Assembly: GCA_002189035.1 (NCBI GenBank)
Contig: NEEC01000403.1
Location: 1-12,144 of the forward strand
Direction of reading: 5' to 3'
Source of the DNA: Utricularia gibba
Lineage: Eukaryota; Plantae; Magnoliophyta
DNA length: 12,144 bases
This document shows positions 1-9,223 of this stretch, piece after piece. The position numbers and the translations under genes are program-made. The notes below the pieces were generated by a model. It was not told the origin of the DNA. It made no database searches and was given only the letters and a program-made list of their open reading frames with translations. The first letter of the stretch is position 1. Each line of letters begins with the position of its first letter.

Positions 1-905
1 GCGTGCGCAACACGCGAGTGTGTTCCGTATGCTAACGGCTTGACCATCATCCGATTCAGCATACTGCTCGTGCACCTTTACGAGTGTAGCCAATTTTCCG
101 TCCTCACTTTCAACCAGGTCCGATCAACGTACAAAGATATATGGGTGGTCGTCTTCTCTCAAGCATCGACACGATTCATCGGGTTGATGGTCTCTAGTGC
201 AAACTCCCACGCTCTTTTAGGCGTTCACATCCATGCGCACTACTTCCTTTTTTTTTTCCGTTGCTCGGGCCTCGCAAGCTTTACCGTTACCTTCAGGTGT
301 TCTGGACGCCTTAGCGAATGGACTGGACAATGAGACCGTTGGTCTATTATCGCTGCCGTTTAAAAATATGAGGATGCGTGGAGATTAGACCAGCACTGAT
401 GCGCACGTCCATAGAACCGTAAAGTCCAACCCATGGACTCTTACCTAGTACTTCACCCTTGATGTATCGTCAAACGATGCGAAGGGGGTACACCAGGAGG
501 AATGACTTGGTTATAACACTAACAGGATCCCATACATCTTAGTTTTTCCTATTACTTTCCCTTATGATCTTCCATGGAAACAAAGTAAGACTTACGCAGA
601 GGAGTCACGAGTTCTCTACATGGCGGATCTTGGTGCACCATCGCTACTCGTTTGAGGGTGTTTTGTTGTGCAACAAACTCAGCCAACATCCAATGAATAT
701 TAGAATGCGGCCAACGACACTCCATGTACTTTACCGATCACCAACAACGTGCGATGGAAACATTAACAATTTTGGATTCATTCTATGGAGCAGATACGAT
801 GTGGATGTGCTATCCAGCCGTTAGACGGCTACTACCCCGACCTCCTGAATATTTGGACACGAAAGTGGCATGCCACTATACGTTTGGAAGGAAAAAACCT
901 TCAAC

Positions 906-1528
906 CATACAGTTTAAAGGATATCATCTATAACAAACATACGTTGCGAGCCACGTAAGCTATTATTGAGTGGACATCATTTAATGAGAAATGATTTATT
1001 GAGTATTGAAGAACATATCGATCGTGGATCCAGAGTGTAACCACTCCTAACCCCAAGTCCATAACTCGACCACTGAGCACTTGTTAGTGTATGTGCTCTA
1101 GAGACAATCAACTCATTGGCAAATCTTATCTTATGATATTTACTTTGAATTGTGATCAAATTTATATCATTGATAAAATCCTCTACTTGATCTATGTGCT
1201 ATAGAAATTATGATGAGATCATAATGTGAGATTCTTCAAGCACTCATGATCAAGTTAAAAACTCCCTTGCTAGAGTATTTGTGAAATGAGGATATCACAA
1301 ATACGGATAAGCTGGCACACATTGAGTTCCCTAAACTATTACTAAGCTGGCATACAGTTTAAAGGATATCATCTATAACAAACATACGTTGCGAGCCACG
1401 TAAGCTATTATTGAGTGGACTTTATTTAATGAGAAATGAGTCATAGAGCACTGAAGAACATATCGATCGTGGATCCAGAGTGTAGCCACTCCTAACCCAA
1501 AGTCCATAACTCGACCACCAGCACTTGT
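906..1528. repeat. ~179-bp direct repeat (906-1084 and 1351-1528) inside monomer 1; equivalent pair 2720-2898 and 3165-3343 in monomer 2
   Basis: CATACAGTTTAAAGGATATCATCTATAACAAAC...GTCCATAACTCGACCAC..GCACTTGT occurs twice per derived monomer, 445 bp apart, but once in monomer 3. Confidence 0.95.
1082..1350 (+). mobile_element. 5'-end fragment of a probable Angela-lineage Ty1/copia LTR embedded in monomer 1
   Basis: AT-rich 269-bp block absent from monomer 3. It begins TGTTAGTGTATGTGCTCTAGAGACAAT, resembling the TGTTGG..ATGCCCTAGAGGCAAT start of BARE-1/Angela LTRs (family call from recall, not a database search). Confidence 0.65.
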
Positions 1529-1807
1529 GCTTCGAATCCACATAGCTCACGGAACAAACGCACACCTCCCCTTATAATTCGACCCCCATGGCATCCACTC
1601 CTGATGCAAAATTCCATTCTCCCTCCAGGCTTTGCAAAGAAGCGGGTAACGTGGAATGGATCGGTATTGCTTCGCAAGCAGGTCACGCCTTGCAACATGC
1701 ATACTTCATACCTTACGACATTCCAATGCCTGACCTCCGGATGCCTTTTACCCAGATTGTGGATGGAGATAGAGAAGGGATCACTTGGTTAAGCAATCGT
1801 TAAAGCC

Positions 1808-3622
1808 GCGTGCGCAACACGCGAGTGTGTTCCGTATGCTAACGGCTTGACCATCATCCGATTCAGCATACTGCTCGTGCACCTTTACGAGTGTAGCCAA
1901 TTTTCCGTCCTCACTTTCAACCAGGTCCGATGCAACGTACAAAGATATATGGGTGGTCGTCTTCTCTCAAGCATCGACACGATTCATCGGGTTGATGGTC
2001 TCTAGTGCAAACTCCCACGCTCTTTTAGGCGTTCACATCCATGCGCACTACTTCCTTTCTTTTTGTCCGTTGCTGGACGGGCCTCGCAAGCTTTACCGTT
2101 ACCTTCAGGTGTTCTGGACGCCTTAGCGAATGGACTGGACAATGAGACCGTTGGTCTATTATCGCTGCCGTTTAAAAATATGAGGATGCGTGGAGATTAG
2201 ACCAGCACTGATGCGCACGTCCATAGAACCGTAAAGTCCAACCCATGGACTCTTACCTAGTACTTCACCCTTGATGTATCGTCAAACGATGCGAAGGGGG
2301 TACACCAGGAGGAATGACTTGGGTTATAACACTAACAGGATCCCATACATCTTAGTTTTTCCTATTACTTTCCCTTATGATCTTCCATGGAAACAAAGTA
2401 AGACTTACGCAGAGGAGTCACGAGTTCTCTACATGGCGGATCTTGGTGCACCATCGCTACTCGTTTGAGGGTGTTTTGTTGTGCAACAAACTCAGCCAAC
2501 ATCCAATGAATATTAGAATGCGGCCAACGACACTCCATGTACTTTACCGATCACCAACAACGTGCGATGGAAACATTAACAATTTTGGATTCATTCTATG
2601 GAGCAGATACGATGTGGATGTGCTATCCAGCCGTTAGACGGCTACTACCCCGACCTCCTGAATATTTGGACACGAAAGTGGGCATGCCACTATACGTTTG
2701 GAAGGAAAAAACCTTCAACCATACAGTTTAAAGGATATCATCTATAACAAACATACGTTGCGAGCCACGTAAGCTATTATTGAGTGGACATCATTTAATG
2801 AGAAATGATTTATTGAGTATTGAAGAACATATCGATCGTGGATCCAGAGTGTAACCACTCCTAACCCCAAGTCCATAACTCGACCACTGAGCACTTGTTA
2901 GTGTATGTGCTCTAGAGACAATCAACTCATTGGCAAATCTTATCTTATGATATTTACTTTGAATTGTGATCAAATTTATATCATTGATAAAATCCTCTAC
3001 TTGATCTATGTGCTATAGAAATTATGATGAGATCATAATGTGAGATTCTTCAAGCACTCATGATCAAGTTAAAAACTCCCTTGCTAGAGTATTTGTGAAA
3101 TGAGGATATCACAAATACGGATATGCTGGCACACATTGAGTTCCCTAAACTATTACTAAGCTGGCATACAGTTTAAAGGATATCATCTATAACAAACATA
3201 CGTTGCGAGCCACGTAAGCTATTATTGAGTGGACTTTATTTAATGAGAAATGAGTCATAGAGCACTGAAGAACATATCGATCGTGGATCCAGAGTGTAAT
3301 GAATCCTAACGCAAAGTCCATAACTCGACCACGGAGCACTTGTCCTTTGAATCCACACAGCTCACGGAACAAACGAACACTTCCTCTAATAATCCGACCC
3401 TCATGGCATTCACTGGTTATTCAAAACTCCATTCTCTCACTAGGCTTTGCAAAGAAGAGGGTAACGTGGAATGTATCGGTATTGCTTAGGAAGTAGGTCA
3501 CGCCTCGCAACATGCATACTTCATACCTTTCGGCATTCCAATGTTTGACCTCCGGATTCCTTTCACTCAAATTGTGGATGAAGATATAGGAGGGATTACT
3601 TGGTTAAGCTGTAGTTAAAGCT
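1808..3622. repeat. Long tandem-repeat monomer, copy 2 (derived form)
   Basis: Nearly identical to copy 1 up to ~3298 (mostly 1-3 bp indels), then clearly divergent to 3622. Confidence 0.97.
2896..3164 (+). mobile_element. Same probable Angela-type LTR fragment in monomer 2
   Basis: 269 bp, one substitution seen versus 1082-1350 (GGATAAGCTG / GGATATGCTG). Confidence 0.65.
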
Positions 3623-4860
3623 GTGTGCGCAACACGCGAGTGTGTTCCGTATGCTAACGGCTTGACCATCATCTGATTGAGCATGTTGCTCTTGCACCTT
3701 TACGAGTGTCGCCAATTTTCCGTCCTCACTTTCAAACAGGTCCGATGCAACATACAAAGATTAATGGGTGGTCGTCTTCTTTCAAGCGTCGACATGATTC
3801 CATCGGTTGATGGTCTCTAGTGCAAACTCCCACACTCTTGTAGGCGTTCACATCCGTGCGCACTACTTCCTTTCTTTTCTACATTGCTGGACAGATCTCG
3901 CTACATTTACAATTAACGAATGAACTGGAGATTGAGACTAGTGGCGTATTGTTGCTGCGATTTAAATACATAGGGATGCATAGAGATTAGACCAGCACTG
4001 ATGCGCACGTCCATAGCACCATAAAGTCCATCCAATGGGCTCTAACCAAGTACTTCACCATTCATGTATCTTCAAACGATACCAGGAGGGTACACCAGGA
4101 GCAATGACTTGGGTTATAATAGCACCATAAAGTCCATCCAATGGGCTCTAACCAAGTACTTCACCATTCATGTATCTTCAAACGATACCAGGAGGGTGCA
4201 CTAGGAGCAATGACTTGGGTTATAAGACCAACATGATCCCATACTACTTAGTGTATCCTGTTGCTTTCTCTTATGATGTTCCATGGCAATATGGTGAGAC
4301 GTATGCAGAGGGGTCACGAGTTCACTCCAAGGCGAATCATGGTGCACCATCGTTACTCGTTTGAAGGTGTTGTGTGGTGCAACAAAGTCAGCCTAATTCC
4401 AATGAATAGTAGATTGTGGCCAAGGAGACTCCATGTACTTTATCGATCTCCAACAACGTACGATGGAAACATTAACAATTTTGGATTCATTCTATAGAGC
4501 ACATACGATGTGGATGTGTTATCCAGCCTTTAGATGACTCCCACCCTGACCTCTTGAATGTTTGGACACGAAAGTGGCATGCCACTATACGTTTGGGAGG
4601 AAAAAACCTTCAACCATACAGTTTAAAGGATATCATCTATATCAAACATACGTTGCGAGCCACGAAAGCTATTGTTGAGTGGACATCATTTAATGAGAAA
4701 TGAGTCATAGAGCATTGAAGAACATATCGATCGTGGATCCAGAGTGTAACCACTCCTAACCCCAAGTCCATAACTCCAGTGCCTAACCTCCAAATGTCTT
4801 TTACTCTGAATTCACATGAAGATATAGTAGAGATCACTTGGTTATGCAATAGGTAAAGCC
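3623..4860. repeat. Tandem-repeat monomer, copy 3 (older short form, 1238 bp)
   Basis: Colinear with copy 1 but lacks the 445-bp LTR-fragment/duplication block, has a 106-bp internal duplication and a ~211-bp deletion at 4776/4777, and carries many substitutions. Confidence 0.93.
4013..4224. repeat. 106-bp tandem duplication within monomer 3
   Basis: 4013-4118 and 4119-4224 are identical except two substitutions (GGGTACACCAGG / GGGTGCACTAGG). Confidence 0.95.
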
Positions 4861-5041
4861 GTGTGCGCAACATGCGAGTGTGTCCTATATCCTAATGCCT
4901 TGACCATCATCTGATTGAGACTGCTGCTTGTTTTACCTTGTGTGTCCACTTTTCCATCCTCTCTTCAAACAGGTGCAATGCAATATATAAAGAACAATGG
5001 GTGGTCGTCTTCTTTTATTCTTCGACACCAATCTATCATTG
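4861..5041. repeat. Monomer copy 4, left fragment interrupted by the CRM element
   Basis: Matches monomer positions ~1-181 (GTGTGCGCAACATGCGAG...ATGGGTGGTCGTCTTCT) and stops at the LTR end at 5042. Confidence 0.9.
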
Positions 5042-5499
5042 CGATATGACCCTTCAATCAACAAGTGATTGGCAAACCAGTTATTGGTTTAAAAGAAGCA
5101 ATCCCTCACAGAAAAGAAGTTGGCCCTTAAGGATTGAAAGATCCTTGCAACCCAAACTATGAAATGGTATCACACTCACAGAATCAAGGAAGGAATTGGG
5201 AGTGATAAACCACACACTAGACACCACAAGCAAGGCTTGATAAATCTAAGTTCTACAAGAACTCAAGAAAGGAGAATTGCTCTCAAATGTGATTACAATC
5301 AAAGTTGTCCAAAACAAGAGTAAGGCCCTTCTTATATAGACGAAGGTTTGGCCTTATTGGAAGAAAAGTAGTAATAATAATGCATTTGGTAGTAATGGGC
5401 CTTCTCTAATCCAGTTGATCCACTATGACAAGGTTGAATTCCAGGCCAAACACCTCATTGCTTGATTGATTGGCCCATAAGCTCTTAAGCACTTCTTGA
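5042..5499 (-). mobile_element. 3' LTR of the CRM element, truncated at its U3 end
   Basis: 458 bp aligning to 8489-8946 with about 29 substitutions and 2 indels by manual count. It lacks the ~111 bp equivalent to 8947-9057 and has no PPT. Confidence 0.92.
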
Positions 5500-5786
5500 G
5501 TTCACTCTTTTCACATGACTGATTCTTGCAACAAGGCTCTCCACTTCTTTTTTCCTCACAACTCCTTCATTCACGTCTTTCTTTTCACTCTCTTTTTTAG
5601 ATGTTCTTTTCCTTTCTCGTGATATCTCTTTTTTCTCCCCATACTCTCATCCCTCAACTCACCAAAAGATTTGATAGCGGTAGCAATCTTAACTTGATCT
5701 TCGTGTGCCTCTTTTGGAGATAAAGGCACCAACGTGATGGGTTTTCCTTTAATGGAAAAGGAATACTTGTTTTATAGCCATCATGG
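5500..5786 (-). pseudogene. pol: CRM post-protease linker remnant
   Basis: Translates with a frameshift as HDGYK(N)KYSFSIKGKPITLVPLSPKEAHEDQVK, the usual continuation of [11 protein letters not shown] in CRM polyproteins, then joins the LTR. Confidence 0.8.
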
Positions 5787-6137
5787 TGTTTGAGAAAGTG
5801 AGTACTCTCCATAAACTGAGGGACGTGGGCCACTATTCCTTCCTATGCACATGGTGTCAAAGAAGAGTAGAAGTAGTGAGCCCACCTCCCACATTTCTCT
5901 CAACTACTTGCAGTTATTTCCACTCCACTTTTGGGAGTTGTTAGTGAGTCGTGGATGCATCTTTCTCGCATCTAGTTAGGCTAATTTCTAGTATAAATCT
6001 CGAAGTCTTGTATTCAGTCTTTACTCAATATTATTGATCCGGTTTTTTCAGGTTATCCCTGCTTCAATTTTGCTTCTTCATCGTCGTCCTCGTGTAGTTT
6101 CTGTTCCAGAATCAATTTGCATCACTTCACTCCAACA
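5787..6137 (+). mobile_element. 351-bp solo LTR (probably Ty1/copia) nested in CRM pol
   Basis: Termini TGTTTGAG...CTCCAACA, perfect TSD CATGG (5782-5786, 6138-6142), TATAAAT at 5992-5998. Removing it restores KVIH-DGY. Confidence 0.88.
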
Positions 6138-6972
6138 CATGGATCACCTTACTATCATATTGCCAAGGCCTTCCCAAGAGTATGTGTCCAGCATGCATGG
6201 GAACTACATCACAAAGAACCTCATCCTGATACTTTCCAATTTGGAAAGCAACAAGAACTTGTTTATTGACCTTTACTTCACTCCCTTCGTTCAACCATTG
6301 AAGCCTGTAGGGATTTGGATGTTTGAGAGTAGGAAGTTGGAGTTTATCCACCATGAGAGTACTAGCAACATTTGTGCAACTACCTCCATCGATTATTAGG
6401 CTACATACCTTCCCATGTGCAAAGCAACGTGTATGGCATAAGTTTTCGCGTTGCTCCTCCATTGGCTTAGCATCCATGACTGAAGTCCTTCTTGTTACCA
6501 AACTTTTACCAATAACAGGTTGTTGTTCCCCATCATATATCTCATGTAAAGCACTTCCACTTTCACTCTCAACTTCAGATTCAACATCTCCATAATCCCT
6601 TAGAACCATGGTCCTCTTGTTTGGGCATTCTGAAGCAATATGACCATGGCCGAGACATTTGAAGTATTTGATATTTTTTGTTTGCCCAGAAAACTTAAAT
6701 CCTCTTTCCTTGTGTCGAGTATTTGAAGTGCCCTCTTTCATCGATTCTAACTTGGTTGATTTCCCAAATGAAGGATAATTTGGTTTCTTCTCCTTACTTC
6801 CAGCAACATTCCACGAAGTAGAAGGTTTTGGATGGTCTCTTTGTTGTCCCTTAGACTTTAGTTGCTTCTCAATCTTGATGGCAACGTGCAACATGTCTTC
6901 AATCTCTACATAGTGTTGCAGCTCGACCACTTGAGAAATTTCCTTGTTTAAGCCATAGAGGAATCTTGCCAT
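6138..6972 (-). pseudogene. pol: CRM gag C-terminus, zinc knuckle and aspartic protease
   Basis: ORF 6127-6972: [18 protein letters not shown], knuckle [14 protein letters not shown] (first Cys replaced by Tyr), protease IIDGGSCTN at ~6379-6390. The last codons run into the nested solo LTR. Confidence 0.93.
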
Positions 6973-7008
6973 TGTAGCTTCCCTATCCTCTGTTGTTGGC
7001 TCGAATCA

Positions 7009-7774
7009 TTAATACCTCCATTCTTGCCCATATTCTTCCACGGTTTTGCTCCCTTGGGTGAGTTTCTGCAAGTTTTGGTGTTGATCTCTTTGGTAGTGGT
7101 TGGGAATGAACCTTTTTCTCATGATCCTCTTCATTTCAGTCCAAGTGCGATTTGGTTCTTCATCATTTCGTCTTCTGTTGAGTACTATGTTATCCCACCA
7201 AGTTATGGCATAATCTATAAACTCAACAACAGCAAGCTTGATCTTCTTGGCTTCAAAATAGTTGTGACAATCAAACACATGCTCCACACGAGTCTCCCTC
7301 CAAGTAGGCATTTGGATCGTTTTTCCCTTGAAAAGGAAAGATTTTCAAATTCCTTGTATTCACTTGTGTATCTACCCCTTGGTCTTTCATCATGTCCTGC
7401 ATCACGATTTGGCCTCCTATTTCTTTGATATCTTCGTTCTATATCATCACCACCAGATGAATCATACTTATCAAAGATGTTGTTATTATTTCTCCTTTGT
7501 TCACCATGCCTTGCCTCTTAGGCCTCAGATTCCGAATCTTTTTCTAGTTGAGAATTCCTTCTACTATGGTGTGATGGAACTCTTGTTCTTCCATGGGAGA
7601 CACTATCCTCTTCTTGCTTTTTGATGTTCTTGAGAGATTCATCATGTTCCTTTAATTTGATGTGGATTTGCTCCATGCAGCTTTGCAGTCTTCTTAACTC
7701 ACCTTGCATTGCATTAAGTACGAACAACCATCCATTGCACCTGATTCTTCTGCAGGGTTGTTAGAGCTCGACAT
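7009..7774 (-). pseudogene. gag: CRM gag, N-terminal and capsid region, frameshifted
   Basis: Probable start MSSSNNPAEESG at 7774. Pieces FVLNAMQGELRRL, LKIFPFQGKNDPNAYLE and ETRVEHVFDCHNY..KIKLAVVEFIDYAITWWD..WTEMKRIMRKRFIP lie in different frames. Confidence 0.9.
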
Positions 7775-8474
7775 CCTACTACAAGTTAAAAGTGTAGACA
7801 AAAGGAAGGAAAGAGAACAATGAAAGAAAGATAGAAGTAAAAGAAGAAGGAGAGAATTTTCAAACCTCAAGTCCTCTTGAACTTTAAGACTCAATAAACC
7901 TTAAATGATCAATCTAAGTGTGGTTCAAAGAGATAACAGTGGCTAGGGTAATGAGTGGGATAAAGAAAATGAGCAATATAGGACTTGGTGATGGTAACAG
8001 TACTTATGAATAAGTAAGAGTAGGAATAGAAGGATAGAGTGTAACTTGTTGTTAACACACAAGAGGTAGGTAGATAATTGAAAAGAGTCAAAATGGAATA
8101 TAAGTGTGACAATAGACAAAGTTGTGCAATATTGACTTTTCTTTTATTTGGTAAGTAGAAGATTCAATGGATTCAAATGACTAGCTCCTTTTTTTTTACT
8201 TTTCTTGTGTGTGAAAAGTTGAAAATTCAATGAATTCAGGTGCTAACCTTCTTTTTCCTTCAACACATTTTTTTTTTTCTTTTTGCAGCAATCCAGAAGA
8301 AAAGGATGAAAGAAACAAAGATAAGAAACCCCCCTTGGTTTTTCTTTTCAGAAGAAAAGATGAGCAAAAGACAAGATAAGCAAATAAGGATAAATCTGGA
8401 CTAGTTTCTGGTTTTTTTTTTCTTTAGAACGAAACCACAACAAGATAGATAGGAGATGAAGAAGAGAAACATTG

Positions 8475-8486
8475 GCTCTGATACCA
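8475..8486 (-). promoter_or_regulatory. Primer binding site (tRNA-iMet)
   Basis: Minus strand TGGTATCAGAGC next to the LTR end. Confidence 0.95.
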
Positions 8487-8488
8487 CC

Positions 8489-9057
8489 TGATACGACCCT
8501 CCAATCAACAAGTGATTGGCAACCAAATCTTGGTTGAAAAGAAGCAATCTCTCAAGGAAAAGAAGTTGGCCCTCAAGGATTGAAAGATCCTTGCAACCCA
8601 AACTATGAAATGATACCACACTCACATAATCAAGTAAGGAATTGGGAGCAATAAACCACACACTAGACACCACAAGCAAGGCTTGATAAGTCTAAGTTCT
8701 ACAAGAACACAAGAAAGGAGAATTGCTCTCAAATATGATTACAATCAAAGTTGTCCAAAACAAGACTAAGACCCTTCTTATATAGATGAAGGATTGGGTC
8801 TTATTGGAAGAAAAGGAGTAATAACAATGCATTTGGTAGTAATGGGTCTTCTCTAATCCAGTTGATCCACTATGACAAGGTTGAATTCCAGGGCAAACAC
8901 CTCATTGCTTGATTGATTGGCCCATAAGCTCTTAAGCACTTCTTGATTATTTCTTGCTCTTGATCTAGGGATTGGCGCAACTGAAATCAATGGAGGATTA
9001 TTGATCTTGTGTCATTTGTCTTCATTGGGATGATCTGTAGCATCAATGATCTCATCA
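8489..9057 (-). mobile_element. Full-length CRM LTR (569 bp)
   Basis: On the minus strand it starts TGATGAG and ends GTCGTATCA, with TATATAA at 8778-8784, PPT immediately upstream and PBS 2 nt downstream. Confidence 0.93.
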
Positions 9058-9075
9058 TCCCCCCCTCCTTCTTTT
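9058..9075 (-). promoter_or_regulatory. Polypurine tract
   Basis: Minus strand AAAAGAAGGAGGGGGGGA abutting the LTR start TGATGAG. Confidence 0.9.
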
Positions 9076-9223
9076 AGCAGATTCATCCTTGAATCGTCAC
9101 CATCTACATCTCAAGTAACCAAGTCAGCCATATTGAATGTAGAGTGCACCGAAAACTCACCTAAAAGATTAATCTTATAAGCATTGTCATTGATTTTGTC
9201 ATTGGACTTCTTCACAAATGGAC
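9058..9223 (-). pseudogene. pol: C-terminal tail of CRM integrase from an upstream element copy
   Basis: Minus strand KINDNAYKINLLGEFSVHSTFNMADLVT*DVDGDDSRMNLLKEGGGD, matching the CRM end pattern KINDNAYKLDLPGEYNVSATFNVSDL...NPFQEGGND. The frame continues into the LTR to APIPRSRARNNQEVL (8952-8978). Confidence 0.87.

Larger units (their letters stand above)
1..1807. repeat. Long tandem-repeat monomer, copy 1 (derived ~1.81-kb form; phase set by window start)
   Basis: The opening GCGTGCGCAACACGCGAGTGTGTTCCG recurs at 1808, and as variants at 3623, 4861 and 9694. Identical ORFs recur with an offset of 1813-1814 bp (564/2377, 977/2791). Confidence 0.97.
5042..9057 (-). mobile_element. Ty3/gypsy chromovirus, CRM clade; internally deleted, degenerate
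   Basis: Two LTR copies (5042-5499, 8489-9057), tRNA-Met PBS, retrotransposon gag, zinc knuckle and IIDGGS protease with CRM-typical context ([32 protein letters not shown]). No RT/RH/INT between the LTRs. Confidence 0.93.

Noticed and set aside
120-900. Small indels between copies 1 and 2 as true mutations
   Set aside because: Mostly 1-bp changes, several in homopolymers, with copy 1 usually lacking bases found in other copies. This is consistent with long-read consensus error, so they were not used for dating.
560-960. Minus-strand RMFVIDDIL resembling an NB-ARC kinase-2 motif, and plus-strand LVYPVAFSY resembling a Helitron motif
   Set aside because: No P-loop, GLPL or other motifs at correct spacing, and several conserved stops. 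A tblastx/HMM search of the consensus would settle it.
40-1159. Other short monomer ORFs (40-333, 564-824, 724-933, 977-1159 and their copies)
   Set aside because: No recognisable domain, frames are broken differently in each copy, and recurrence reflects DNA duplication only.
1040-1340. Telomere-like CCTAACCC and CCCTAAA
   Set aside because: Single isolated occurrences, no array.
1588-1803. Protein-looking 71-aa ORF in the monomer, same length in copy 2 (3403-3618)
   Set aside because: Substitutions by codon position are 9/14/7 (no third-position bias) and copy 2 has an in-frame TAG, so there is no sign of coding selection.
1-4860. 45S rDNA spacer, CRISPR array or tRNA/snRNA cluster
   Set aside because: No 18S/25S, tRNA or snRNA sequence recognised, no short repeat-spacer periodicity, and the context is eukaryotic retroelement DNA.
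6034-7624. Plus-strand ORFs 6034-6399, 6323-6595, 7024-7428, 7328-7624
   Set aside because: Antisense shadows of CRM gag-protease with no independent features.
8180-8430. Poly-T tracts and imperfect purine-rich sub-repeats
   Set aside because: Ordinary low-complexity sequence in the CRM 5' leader.
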